Position numbers and translations under genes: made by a program
The notes under the pieces: model-generated
The model's database searches: none
What the model saw: the letters and a program-made list of their open reading frames with translations, nothing else
What the model was told of the DNA's origin: nothing
Shown here: positions 53,891 to 63,751 of the stretch, one piece after another
Position numbering within the stretch: the stretch's first letter is position 1
Layout of the letters: every line of letters starts with the position of its first letter
NCBI GenBank assembly: GCA_965205265.1
Contig: CBDBGH010000003.1
Location: 512,001-576,000, forward strand
Length of the DNA: 64,000 bases
Direction of reading: 5' to 3'
DNA from: Alphaproteobacteria bacterium
GTDB lineage: Bacteria > Pseudomonadota > Alphaproteobacteria > Bin95

Positions 53891-55070
53891 TTGCGCCCTC
53901 GGCCTCCAGCGCGCCGATCTCCGCTTCGTCGAAACCGGCCTCGGCCAGGATTTCGCCAGTGTGCTCGCCGACGGCCGGGGGCTGGCGGCGGAGGCCGAAA
54001 TCGTGGTCGCCGATCTCGACCGGCAGGCGCGGCAGCCGCGTCGCCGGGCCGCCCGGAAGCTGCACATCCAGCAGCCGCCCTTCATGGTTGAGTTGCGGGT
54101 CGTCGAACAGATGCACCGGCTTCGCCACCGGGGAGAAGGGCACGGCGATTTCCTCCAGTATGACGGTCATCTCGGCGAGCGTGCACGCCCTGACGGTTTC
54201 CGCGATGCGCGCGGCGATGCGGTCCCCCTCGACCACGCGGCTCTCATTGGTGGCGTTGCGCGGGTCGGCAAGTTCGTCCGCCCAGCCGAAATGCTCGCAC
54301 CAGGCGCGCCAGTGGTTGTCGCTGGTGATGCCGATGAACACCTGCTCGCCGTCGCCGGTCTCGAAGGTTTCGTAAATCGCCCAGGCACGGGCGCGGGCCG
54401 GCATGGGCTGCGGCTCGCGGCCGGTCGCGCTGATGCCGGCCATGTGCTGCGACATGAGGAAGGCGGTCGATTCGAACAGCGCGGATTTCACCAACTGCCC
54501 CCTGCCGGTCGCCTCGCGCTCTTTCAGCGCGCAGAGTATGCCGATGACCGCATAGCTGCCGCCCATGATGTCGATGATCGAGGTGCCGGCGCGCAGCGGC
54601 CGGCCGGGCGGGCCGGTCATGTAGGCAAGCCCGGCCATGAACTGCACCACCTCGTCGAGCGCCGGCCGGTTCTCATAGGGTCCGGAGAGGAAGCCCTTGA
54701 GCGAGGCGAAGACGAGGCGCGGATTGATTTGGCTCAGCGTCTCCCAGCCGCAGCCGAGCCGCTCCATGGTGCCGGGCGCGTAGTTCTCGATGATGACATC
54801 GACGCCCGCGGCGAGCCGGTGGACAACATCGCGGCCGCGCTCCGACTTGAGATCGACGGCGAGCGAGCGCTTGTTGCGGTTGAAGCCGCCGAAGAACCCG
54901 GCGGCGAAACCCGGCAGCCGGCGCGTCTTGTCGCCGTCCGGCGCCGGCTCGACCTTGATGACGTCCGCGCCGAGATCGGCGAGCACGAGGCCGCAGCTCG
55001 GCCCCATGATCGTCTGGCAGAACTCCAGCACCCGGATGCCGGCGAGCGGGAGCGGGACATTCTCGGTCAT
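53880..55070 (-). CDS. Class III CoA-transferase (CaiB/BaiF)
   Basis: PLAGIRVLEF...GP...LADLGADVIKVE, NRNKRS, IIDIMGG, PAVGEHT. Confidence 0.93.
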   Translation of the reverse strand: MTENVPLPLAGIRVLEFCQTIMGPSCGLVLADLGADVIKVEPAPDGDKTRRLPGFAAGFFGGFNRNKRSLAVDLKSERGRDVVHRLAAGVDVIIENYAPGTMERLGCGWETLSQINPRLVFASLKGFLSGPYENRPALDEVVQFMAGLAYMTGPPGRPLRAGTSIIDIMGGSYAVIGILCALKEREATGRGQLVKSALFESTAFLMSQHMAGISATGREPQPMPARARAWAIYETFETGDGEQVFIGITSDNHWRAWCEHFGWADELADPRNATNESRVVEGDRIAARIAETVRACTLAEMTVILEEIAVPFSPVAKPVHLFDDPQLNHEGRLLDVQLPGGPATRLPRLPVEIGDHDFGLRRQPPAVGEHTGEILAEAGFDEAEIGALEAEGAITR

Positions 55071-55180
55071 CGGTCGCGAACCCTGCGTTTCGGGAATCGG
55101 AGCAGAGACTATGGGCCATTCCCGCCCCGGCCAAGAGAGGGGCTGCTCGCCTGGCCGGCAAAGGTCGAAGGCGGCGTTCG

Positions 55181-55219
55181 TGAATGAAATCCATTCACGC
55201 CATGAATGGATTTCATTCA
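55181..55219. promoter_or_regulatory. Perfect 17-bp AT-rich inverted repeat (double operator candidate)
   Basis: TGAATGAAATCCATTCA-CGCCA-TGAATGGATTTCATTCA between divergent genes; each arm is itself TGAATG-N5-CATTCA. Confidence 0.6.
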
Positions 55220-55371
55220 TTTGGACCCTTTGATCGACAATCTATTTGGGCATCAAGAGTGACAGACGTAACCGCGGCGCTCTTGTCATGGCGTGACGCC
55301 GGGGCGATGCTGCGTTATCCGTTCCGGCAGACGCCTCCCTTCCCGATGTTCGCCTCGTCCTTCTCCAGCCC

Positions 55372-56349
55372 ATGCGCGTGATCCTCTGCCGCGAGTTCGG
55401 CTCGCCCGATATACTGACCGTCGAGGAGCGGCCCGACCCGGAGCCGGGCATGGGCGAGGTGCTCGTCCGGCAGGAGGCCTGGGGCGTCAGCTATGTCGAT
55501 GCGCTGATGGTGGCCGGCGGCTACCAGCTCAAGCCCGACCTGCCCTTCGTGCCGGGGCTGGAAGCCGCCGGCACGGTTGTCGAGACCGGCTTCGGCAGCA
55601 ATGTCTTCGAGCCGGGCGACCGCGTGGTGGTGAGCCACCGGCCGGGCGCCTTCGCGGAACTGGCGGCAGTGACCGTCGACCGCGTGCGGCCGGCGCCTCC
55701 GGAGCTGGACATGGCGGAAGCCGCCGTGTTCCGGTCCGCCTACCACACCGCCCTGCATGCGCTGTTGCAGCGCGGCCGGCTGGCGCCGGGCGAGACCGTA
55801 CTGGTGCTGGGCGCGGCAGGCGGCGTCGGCATGGCGGCCGTTCATTGCGCCAGGCGCCTGGGCGCGCGGGTGATCGCCGCCGCGGCCGGAGAGGAGAAGC
55901 TGGCCGCACTCCGCAGGCAGGGGGCGGATGTCGTCATCGATTATCGCGAAGGTTTCCGCTCAGCGGTGCTGGCCGCCACGGGCGGGCGCGGCGTCGATGT
56001 CGTTTACGACCCCGTGGGCGGCGACGCCTTCGACGAGGCGATGCGTGCGACGGCCTGGGGCGGGCGCATCCTCGCTATCGGATTCACGAGCGGCCGCCGG
56101 CCGGTCGCCAAGGTGAACCACATCCTCATCAAGGGCGCCGAGGTGATCGGCGTGCGCGCGGGCGAAGCGGGCCGCCGCGACCCGAGCCTGCCCGAAGAGA
56201 CCTGGCGCTACCTGACCCGTTGGATTTCCGGGGATGGGCTGAGGCCGCATATCGGCCACCGTATCCCGTTTTCCCACGCGGCCGAGGCGCTGCAACTGGT
56301 GCTCGACCGCAAGGTCATCGGAAAGGCGGTGCTGGTCCCCGATGGCTGA
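55372..56349 (+). CDS. NADPH:quinone oxidoreductase (MDR, zeta-crystallin-like)
   Basis: G.YQ.KP.LPFVPG.E.AG, GAAGGVG, GVDVVYDPVGG, GFTSG, GKAVL. Confidence 0.93.
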   Translation: MRVILCREFGSPDILTVEERPDPEPGMGEVLVRQEAWGVSYVDALMVAGGYQLKPDLPFVPGLEAAGTVVETGFGSNVFEPGDRVVVSHRPGAFAELAAVTVDRVRPAPPELDMAEAAVFRSAYHTALHALLQRGRLAPGETVLVLGAAGGVGMAAVHCARRLGARVIAAAAGEEKLAALRRQGADVVIDYREGFRSAVLAATGGRGVDVVYDPVGGDAFDEAMRATAWGGRILAIGFTSGRRPVAKVNHILIKGAEVIGVRAGEAGRRDPSLPEETWRYLTRWISGDGLRPHIGHRIPFSHAAEALQLVLDRKVIGKAVLVPDG

Positions 56350-56426
56350 GCTGTCTTGCAGCCCCCGGCAAAACGCTGGAATTGTGCCGCTGCCTGCGCA
56401 GTGAAGAGAGAAAGGCGCGCTCCGCG

Positions 56427-58718
56427 ATGACGCTTCCGCTCGACGGCATTACCGTTCTCGACCTCACCTCCGGCGCTGCCGGCGCCTTCGCCGGGATGCT
56501 GCTGGGCGACTCGGGCGCGCGGGTGCTTCGCTGTGTCCATGCGGCGGCGCCCCTGCATCGCGGCGGCGGTTTCACCGTCTGGGACCGGGGCAAGGAAGCT
56601 TTCGACTGGGACCCGGAAGCGGCCGGCGCGGAGAGCGAGCTCGAGCGCCTGGTGCCCGGCGCAGACGTGCTGTTGCAGGATTTCGCGCCGGCTGCGCCCC
56701 AGCAGGCGATGTTCGAGCCGGCGAAGCTTCTGGCGCCGAACCCGCGTCTCGTCGCCTGCTCGATCACGGCATACGGCATGCAGGGCCGGTGGCGGGACGA
56801 CCCGCCGGTGGACGATCTGGTCATGGCGCGCGCGGGCGTGCTTGCGGGCATGCCGGGCTTCCGGCCGGCGCCGGTGCATGTGCCGCATCCGCTGCCGAGC
56901 ACCGGGGCGGCGCTGTTCGCCTGCATCGGCGCGGCGGCGGGCCTGCTTGCGCGCGAGAGCACCGGCCGCGGCCGCATCGTCGAGACCTCCCTGCTGGCGG
57001 GCGCGCTGCTGTTCCACCCGAAGGTGGTGGCGGAAGGCATCCCGCCGCTCGTGTTCCAGACCCACCCTTCGGGAAGCGCGCCCTTCTACAGCCTCTATGA
57101 ATGTGCGGACGGCGAATACATCCAGCTCGGCTGCGTGCATGCGCGCTTCATCGACCGCGCATCCGAGATCATGGGGATCGGCGCGCTCGTCTCGGAGCCC
57201 CGGTTCGACAATGTGCGCAGGGGCGACGGGATGACGGAGGAAGAGGAGCTTCGCGCCGCGATTGCCGGGGCGATGAAGACGCGCAACGCTGCGGACTGGG
57301 CCGCCGATTTCGAAGCCGCCGACGTGCCCTTCGCGCCCGTCCGCCAGGGCAATATCGTCCTTGAGGACCCCCAGATACATCACAATGCCATGGTGCTCGC
57401 GCTGGAAGACCCCGCCGTCGGCGCGACGGTGCAGATGGGGGCGCCGATCCGCTTCGCCGAGACGCCGGCTGACCCCAAGCCGCGCGCCGCCGTCGCCGGC
57501 CCGCTCCCGGACCTCCCGCCGCTGGCGGCGGGGGCTGCGCCGGCGGCCGACGGTGCCGAAGACCCGGCGCCGCTGGCGGGCGTGCGCGTGCTGGAGATCA
57601 CCAATCTCATCGCCGGGCCGACGGGCGGGCGCCTGCTGGCCGATCTCGGCGCCGACGTCATCAAGCTGGAGCCGCCGGGCGGCGACATCTCACGGCCCAT
57701 CGGGCGCAACTACTTCTACAACCTGAACTTCAACAAGCGCTCGCTCTGCGTTGACGCGCGCAAGCCGGGCGGCAGGGAGGCGATCCAGCGCGTGGCGGCA
57801 AGCTGCGACATGATGCTCGCCAATCTCCGGCCCGGCGCGACGCACCGCATGGGCATCGGCGCGCATGTCGATCCGGAACTCATCGAGACCCATGTCACCG
57901 GCTACGGCCTGACCGGCCCCTATGCGAAGCGGCCCGGGATCGACCCGCTGGCGCAGGCGCTGATGGGCCTCTCCCGCGCGCAGGGCGGCAGCGGCAACCC
58001 GCCGTCCTTCGCCGCCCAGCTGGCGCCGACGGACTTCACGGCCGGCGCCATGGCCACGCTCGGCTCGATCGTGGCGCTCTACGCGCGGCGGCGGGGCCGG
58101 GCCTCGCGGCGGGTGGACAGCAACCTGCTCAATGCCGCCGTGGTGCTGAGTTCGCCCTGGTTCGGGACATGGCGGCGCAAGCCGGAACGGCCGCTCGCCG
58201 ATTCGGGCCAGCACGGCATCGACGCCTTCCACCGGCTCTACCGGACTGCCGACGGCTGGATCTATGTCGCTGCGGACACGGAGAAGGCGCGGGCGGCGCT
58301 GACAGGCGCGCTCGGGCTCGGCGCGCTCGACCCGGTCGGCGGCGGGCACCCGGCCGAATCGCCGCTCGCCCGCGCCCTGGAAGCGGCCTTCGCCGACCGC
58401 CGCCTGGAAGACGCGGTGGCATCGCTGGAGGGGGCCGGCGTGCCGGCCGTTGAAGCGCGGAGCGGGGCGAGCGAGATTTTCCTCGACGACGAGACCGCGC
58501 ACGCAAACGGGCTGGTGACGGAAGCCCGGCATCCGACGGCCGGCCGGATGCGGATCGCCTGGAACTATATCGGCTTCCGGGATACCGCGCCGTCGCGCGC
58601 CCGCCCGACGCCGCTGCTGGGCGAGCACAGCGCCGACGTGCTGGCCGAAGCCGGACTCGAAGAGGGCGAGATCGAGGCGCTGTTCGCCTCGGGCGCCGTG
58701 CTTGCGGAGCGCGGCTAG
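56427..58718 (+). CDS. Fused two-domain class III CoA-transferase
   Basis: Two CaiB modules: PLDGITVLDL...DRGK and PLAGVRVLEI...LADLGADVIKLE...NFNKRS...PLLGEHS. Confidence 0.9.
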   Translation: MTLPLDGITVLDLTSGAAGAFAGMLLGDSGARVLRCVHAAAPLHRGGGFTVWDRGKEAFDWDPEAAGAESELERLVPGADVLLQDFAPAAPQQAMFEPAKLLAPNPRLVACSITAYGMQGRWRDDPPVDDLVMARAGVLAGMPGFRPAPVHVPHPLPSTGAALFACIGAAAGLLARESTGRGRIVETSLLAGALLFHPKVVAEGIPPLVFQTHPSGSAPFYSLYECADGEYIQLGCVHARFIDRASEIMGIGALVSEPRFDNVRRGDGMTEEEELRAAIAGAMKTRNAADWAADFEAADVPFAPVRQGNIVLEDPQIHHNAMVLALEDPAVGATVQMGAPIRFAETPADPKPRAAVAGPLPDLPPLAAGAAPAADGAEDPAPLAGVRVLEITNLIAGPTGGRLLADLGADVIKLEPPGGDISRPIGRNYFYNLNFNKRSLCVDARKPGGREAIQRVAASCDMMLANLRPGATHRMGIGAHVDPELIETHVTGYGLTGPYAKRPGIDPLAQALMGLSRAQGGSGNPPSFAAQLAPTDFTAGAMATLGSIVALYARRRGRASRRVDSNLLNAAVVLSSPWFGTWRRKPERPLADSGQHGIDAFHRLYRTADGWIYVAADTEKARAALTGALGLGALDPVGGGHPAESPLARALEAAFADRRLEDAVASLEGAGVPAVEARSGASEIFLDDETAHANGLVTEARHPTAGRMRIAWNYIGFRDTAPSRARPTPLLGEHSADVLAEAGLEEGEIEALFASGAVLAERG

Positions 58719-59887
58719 GCGGCCCTGGCGGTCTGCCGTTCGCGGAAGGGCGCCATCACCTCCTTGCCGAAGTGTTCGAGCTGCTCGAGCATCACCGAGA
58801 GCGGCGTGCCCATGCTGGATTGGACATTGACGTCCTCCAGTCCCGGATATTTGGCCTGCAGCGACTCCAGATAGTCGATGAAGCCTTCCGGCGGCCCGCA
58901 ATACCAGGAGCCGGCCTCGACCGCCCGCTCCAGCGTCGGGATGTTCATCTCGGCCCAGTCGCCGCGCTCGCTCACCCGCTGCAATTGTTCGGGCTTCATC
59001 GGCACCATGCCGAGCGGCGCGAACATCTTGACGTGCTCCTCGAAATAGGGCGTGGCCTCCCGGATTGCCTTTTCCTTCGTCTCGGCGATATGGAAGTTCA
59101 GGCCGATGCAGAGGTTCTCGCCGATCTCGACATCGTGTCCGGCGCGCTCCCAGGCCTCCTTGAAGGCGACGATCGGCCGCTCCGCCATCAGCGCCGAGCC
59201 GCCGCCGACAATGCCCTTGATGCCGTGCTTCGCCATGAAGTCGAGCCCGCGCGGCTGGGCGCTCACGATCGGCTGCCAGCACTCCACGGGCCGGTTGACC
59301 GGGCGCGGGACCAGCGTGATCTCGTCCAGCTCGTAGCCCCGATAGGGCACGCGCGGGGGCAGGGTATAATACTTGCCGTCGTGCCGGAACGACTCCTCGT
59401 GGAAGGAGCGGAGCACGATCTCCACCTGTTCCTCGAACATGTCGCGGTTGGCGTCGCCGTCGATCAGCACGCCGCCCAGCGTCTCGACCTCGCGGGTGTG
59501 GTAGCCGCGCCCGACGCCGAAGATCACCCGGCCCCCGGTCAGGATGTCGGCGGTGGCGAAGTCCTCCGCGAGCCGCAGCGGATGCCACATGGTGGTGACG
59601 TTGAAGCCGCAGCCGAAGCGCAGCCGCTCGGTCTTCGCGGCCAGATGCACGAAGAACAAGGGCAGGTTCGGGATGCACTCATAGCCTTCATGCTGGAAAT
59701 GGTGCTCGGCCAGCCAGAAGGCGTCGTAGCCGAGCCTGTCCATGGCGACGGCCATCGCCTCGGTCTTGGCGAAGACGGTGGCCAGCCGGTCGTTGTCGTA
59801 GCGCCGGTCGTTCGCCGGCGTGGCGTCCTGGCCCATGTCGTCCAGGTCGATATGCCCGGCAAACAGGCTTCCGAAGCGCTTGATCAC
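58715..59887 (-). CDS. LLM-class flavin-dependent oxidoreductase
   Basis: WLAEHHF, WHPLRLAEDFATADILTGGRVIFGVGRGY. Confidence 0.93.
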   Translation of the reverse strand: MIKRFGSLFAGHIDLDDMGQDATPANDRRYDNDRLATVFAKTEAMAVAMDRLGYDAFWLAEHHFQHEGYECIPNLPLFFVHLAAKTERLRFGCGFNVTTMWHPLRLAEDFATADILTGGRVIFGVGRGYHTREVETLGGVLIDGDANRDMFEEQVEIVLRSFHEESFRHDGKYYTLPPRVPYRGYELDEITLVPRPVNRPVECWQPIVSAQPRGLDFMAKHGIKGIVGGGSALMAERPIVAFKEAWERAGHDVEIGENLCIGLNFHIAETKEKAIREATPYFEEHVKMFAPLGMVPMKPEQLQRVSERGDWAEMNIPTLERAVEAGSWYCGPPEGFIDYLESLQAKYPGLEDVNVQSSMGTPLSVMLEQLEHFGKEVMAPFRERQTARAA

Positions 59888-59981
59888 AGTCTCGTTCCTC
59901 CGTCGCGTCCAGCGGAATGGGTGCCCGGCGGCGATGATACAGATGCAAGGCCCGCCGCAGAAGCCGGGCCGCCTCCGCCTC

Positions 59982-61058
59982 TCACTCCATCACGATACGC
60001 GGCGCGGCCGGGCCGGTTGCGCGGCGGCTTTCGACCTCCTGCCAGAGGCGGGCGGCGATGTCGCGGAAGGCGCGGCCCGAAGGGGAGGCGTCGTCGTCGG
60101 CTGCGGGCTCGCCGGCGTCGCAGCGTTCCCGAAGCTCCAGCGCCAGCGGCACTTCGCCGAGGAACGGGGCGCCGAGCTTCTCCGCCTCCGCGCGTGCGCC
60201 GCCCGCGCCGAAGATGTGCGTGCCTTCGCCGCAATGCGGGCAGACGAACACCGACATGTTCTCGACCAGCCCCAGCACCGGCACCTCGACCTTGCGGAAC
60301 ATGGCGATGCCGCGCCGGGCGTCCAGCAGCGCGATGTCCTGCGGCGTCGAGACGATCACCGCGCCGGTCAGCGGCACGCGCTGGGAGAGCGTCAGCTGCG
60401 CATCGCCCGTGCCCGGCGGCATGTCGATCAGCAGGATGTCGAGCGCCCCCCAGGCGACATCGCCAACGAGCTGCTGCACGGCGCTCATCACCATCGGCCC
60501 GCGCCAGATCATCGCCGTCTCCTCGGAGACCAGGAAGCCGATCGACATGCAGGCCACGCCCCATTGCCGCATCGGCAGCAGCGTCTTGTCGCGGTCCAGC
60601 GCGGGCTTGCCGGAAATGCCCATCATGCGCGGCAGCGAGGGCCCGTAGATGTCGCTGTCCATCAGGCCAACGGCGAGGCCCTGCCGGGCGAGCGCCACGG
60701 CGAGATTGACGGCGACCGTGGACTTGCCGACCCCGCCCTTGCCGGAGGCGACGGCCACGACGGCGCTGACGCCCGGCAGCTCGATCCGTCCCTGGCCGCG
60801 ACTGCCGCCGGCGCCCGGGGGCGGCGGGGCGGCGGCGCGCTCGGCGGTCAGCACGACGGCGGCGCTGGTGACGCCCGGCAGGCGGGAAAGCGCGGCCTCG
60901 ACGGCCTGGCGCTCGGTTCCGGCTTCCTCCGCCCGGCCGGGCTCCACCTCCAGCGAGACCTGCACCGCGCCGTCCTTCGCCGCGACGCCGCCCACGCGCC
61001 CGATGCGCGCCACGGCCTCCGCGGCGGCGCGGATTTCCGCTTCGGTCGGTCCGGCCAT
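59982..61058 (-). CDS. apbC: Mrp/NBP35 Fe-S cluster carrier ATPase
   Basis: SGKGGVGKST, DIYGPS, WRGPM, DMPPGTGD, ENMS...CPHC. Confidence 0.95.
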   Translation of the reverse strand: MAGPTEAEIRAAAEAVARIGRVGGVAAKDGAVQVSLEVEPGRAEEAGTERQAVEAALSRLPGVTSAAVVLTAERAAAPPPPGAGGSRGQGRIELPGVSAVVAVASGKGGVGKSTVAVNLAVALARQGLAVGLMDSDIYGPSLPRMMGISGKPALDRDKTLLPMRQWGVACMSIGFLVSEETAMIWRGPMVMSAVQQLVGDVAWGALDILLIDMPPGTGDAQLTLSQRVPLTGAVIVSTPQDIALLDARRGIAMFRKVEVPVLGLVENMSVFVCPHCGEGTHIFGAGGARAEAEKLGAPFLGEVPLALELRERCDAGEPAADDDASPSGRAFRDIAARLWQEVESRRATGPAAPRIVME

Positions 61059-61187
61059 CGGCGCTCAACACCTCCGCGAGGGGTATCGGAATGCGCGGCC
61101 CCATTCCAACGCAGGACGCCCTGTTCTATAAGGCGCCCATGCGGGAAATCGGCGGTCGCGCGCAGAACGGCAACGAGAGGTAGGCCC

Positions 61188-62378
61188 ATGCCCTGGCAGA
61201 ATCAAGGCGGAGGCGGCGGCGGCCCGTGGGGCGGCGGCGGCGGTGGCGGTCCCTGGGGCGGCGGCGGTGGCGGCGGCCCCTGGGGCGGCGGCGGTGGCGG
61301 CAACCAGGGCGGTGGCGGAGGCTGGGGCGGGGGACGCGGCCCCGGCGGCGGCCCGCAGGCTCCCAATGTCGAGGAGGCGATCCGGCGCCTGCAGGACTGG
61401 CTGCGCCGGCGCATGCCGGGCGGCGGGGCCGGCGGCCGCGGCGGGCGCATCGGCATCCTGCTGGTCGTCGTGGTGCTGCTCGCCGTCTGGGTGCTGAGCG
61501 GCTTCTACCGCGTGCAGACGGACGAGCAGGGCGTCGTGCTGCGCTTCGGCGAGCGCGTCGGCACCACCACGCCCGGCCTCAACTACCATCTGCCCTATCC
61601 CATCGAGACGGTCGAAACGCCGAAGGTGACGCGGGTCAACCGCGTCGAGGTCGGCTTCCGCAGCGCCGAGGAGGCGCTGATGCTGACCGGCGACGAGAAC
61701 ATCGTCGATATCAACTTCGTCGTCTTCTGGATCATCAAGGACGCCGGCGACTACCTGTTCAATGTGCGCGAGCCGGAACGCTCGGTTAAGGCGGCGTCCG
61801 AGAGCGTGATGCGCGAGATCGTCGGGCAGACGCCCATCGCCGCCGCGCTCGCCGAGGGTCGCGGCCAGATCGAGGACAAGGTCAAGGCCGGCGTGCAGGG
61901 CATCCTGGACAGCTACAAAACCGGCATCGAGATCACCAATGTGCAGCTCCTCAAGGTCGATCCGCCGAACCAGGTGGTGGACGCCTTCCGCGACGTGCAG
62001 CGCGCCCGCGCGGATCAGGAGCGGCTGCGCAACGAGGCGGAGGCTTACGCCAACGACATCATCCCCCGCGCGCGCGGCGAGGCGGAGCGGCTGGTGCAGG
62101 AGGCGGAGGCCTACAAGCAGGAGGTCGTGGCGCGCTCGGAAGGCGACGCCCAGCGCTTCACCCAGGTCTATACGGCCTTCAGGGCCGCCAAGGACGTGAC
62201 CACCAAGCGCATCTATCTGGAGACGATGGAAGAGATCTTCGCCAACGCCGAGAAATACGTCATCGACCAGGGCGGCGGCGCGTCCGGGGTCGTGCCCTAT
62301 CTGCCGCTGCCGGAGGTGCAGAAGCGGATCAAGGCGAATGAAGCCGGGGCGCAATCCAACACGGGAGACCTGCAATGA
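61188..62378 (+). CDS. hflK: FtsH protease modulator HflK
   Basis: MPW N-terminus, GVVLRFG, MLTGDENIV, AF.DVQ.A, IIPRARGEA, VVPYLPL. Confidence 0.95.
   Translation: MPWQNQGGGGGGPWGGGGGGGPWGGGGGGGPWGGGGGGNQGGGGGWGGGRGPGGGPQAPNVEEAIRRLQDWLRRRMPGGGAGGRGGRIGILLVVVVLLAVWVLSGFYRVQTDEQGVVLRFGERVGTTTPGLNYHLPYPIETVETPKVTRVNRVEVGFRSAEEALMLTGDENIVDINFVVFWIIKDAGDYLFNVREPERSVKAASESVMREIVGQTPIAAALAEGRGQIEDKVKAGVQGILDSYKTGIEITNVQLLKVDPPNQVVDAFRDVQRARADQERLRNEAEAYANDIIPRARGEAERLVQEAEAYKQEVVARSEGDAQRFTQVYTAFRAAKDVTTKRIYLETMEEIFANAEKYVIDQGGGASGVVPYLPLPEVQKRIKANEAGAQSNTGDLQ
61207..61290 (+). repeat. 24-bp GGGGGPWG-coding tandem repeat x3 in hflK
   Basis: Reads GGGGGGPWGGGGGGGPWGGGGGGGPWG. Confidence 0.85.
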
Positions 62379-63262
62379 TGAGGCATGCGGCGCTCTTCGG
62401 CGGCGCGATCCTGCTGATCGTGCTCGCCATTCTCGCGGCGAGCGCGTTGTTCACCGTCCACCAGACGCAGCAGGCCATCGTCATGCAGTTCGGCAATCCG
62501 AAGCGGGTGGTCCAGGAACCCGGGCTGCATGTGAAGGCGCCGTTCTGGCAGAACGTGGTCTATTTCGACGCCCGCGTGCTGGACTTCGCGCCGCAGGGCG
62601 AGGAGATCATCACCTCGGACCAGAAGCGGATCGTGGTGGACAGCTTCGTGCGCTACCGGATCGACGACCCGCTGAAGTTCTTCCAGTCGGTCGGCACCGA
62701 GGCCCGCGTCCAGAGCCGGCTGGCGGGCGTGGTCGTCTCCAGCCTCCGGCGCGTCGTCGGCAATAACAGCTTCTCCTCGATCCTCTCCGAGGAACGCGGC
62801 GACATCATGTCCAACATCCAGAACGAGGTTAACCTGGCTGCGACGGAGTTCGGCATCGAGATCGTCGATTTCCGGGTGCGCCGCACCGACCTGCCGGACG
62901 CCAACGCGCAGTCGATCTACCAGCGCATGCGCACGGAGCGCGAGCGCGAGGCGAAGGAGTTCCGCGCCCAGGGCGCGGAGGTCGCCCAGCGCATCCGCGC
63001 CCGCGCCGACCGCGAGCGCACCGTGCTGATCGCGGAGTCGAAGAAGACGGCGCAGATCAGGCGCGGCGAGGGCGATGCGGACGCGATCCGCATCTACGCC
63101 GAGAGCTTCGGGCAGGACCCGGACTTCTTCGCCTTCTACCGCTCGATGGAGGCCTACCGGAACGCGCTCGGCAAGGAGAACACGACCCTGGTGCTGAGCC
63201 CGGACAGCGACTTCTTCGACTTCTTCGGCGACATCTCCGGCGGGGCTACGAAGCGCCAGTAA
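62375..63262 (+). CDS. hflC: FtsH protease modulator HflC
   Basis: QFG.P, PGLH.K.PF, RM..ER..EA...RAQG, RGEGDA, DP.FF.FYRSM.AY, LSPDSDFF. Confidence 0.95.
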   Translation: MMRHAALFGGAILLIVLAILAASALFTVHQTQQAIVMQFGNPKRVVQEPGLHVKAPFWQNVVYFDARVLDFAPQGEEIITSDQKRIVVDSFVRYRIDDPLKFFQSVGTEARVQSRLAGVVVSSLRRVVGNNSFSSILSEERGDIMSNIQNEVNLAATEFGIEIVDFRVRRTDLPDANAQSIYQRMRTEREREAKEFRAQGAEVAQRIRARADRERTVLIAESKKTAQIRRGEGDADAIRIYAESFGQDPDFFAFYRSMEAYRNALGKENTTLVLSPDSDFFDFFGDISGGATKRQ

Positions 63263-63289
63263 GGCCGCCGCCGGCCCCCGCCCGCCCCG

Positions 63290-63496
63290 ATGGAGGACTT
63301 CCCCCTCGGCGACTTCCTCGCCGCGCTCGGCCTGGCGCTGGTGCTGGAAGGCGCCGTCTGGCTGGCCGCGCCCGAATCCATGCGCCGCTTCATGCTCCGC
63401 CTCGCCGCCCACTCCCCCGCCCTCCTCCGCTTCTGCGGCCTGACGGCGGCGATGCTGGGGCTGGCGGTGGTCTGGGCGGCGCGGCGGTGGGTGTGA
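63290..63496 (+). CDS. DUF2065 (YjeT-like) small membrane protein
   Basis: ALGLALVLEG...P..MRR...LR..GL; canonical position after hflC. Confidence 0.88.
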   Translation: MEDFPLGDFLAALGLALVLEGAVWLAAPESMRRFMLRLAAHSPALLRFCGLTAAMLGLAVVWAARRWV

Positions 63497-63579
63497 CATT
63501 GCCCGCGCCCGGCGCTGGAGCGGGCCCCCATGAGCCGGGCGGCCCGGTCGAAAGGGTTTGACCGGCGGGCGCTTCGGGC

Positions 63580-63751
63580 CTATTGGTGCGCCGCCGCACC
63601 ACGCATGACCCACGTGCCAAGAAATCACCCGGGCAGGCGCCGGGGGCCGGTAACGAGGTATCGGTGCGACAGGCGGGAAGACGGACGGTCCGCGGCCGTC
63701 CCCGGTCCGCCGCCCGAGACGCGGTTAGGAGCCCCTTGGGAGGGTTGTGCG
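63580..63751 (+). promoter_or_regulatory. Possible speF-type leader upstream of the ornithine decarboxylase
   Basis: Long intergenic region containing TGCCAAGAAATCACCCGGGCA, recalled as similar to the alphaproteobacterial speF leader motif; not verified. Confidence 0.35.
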
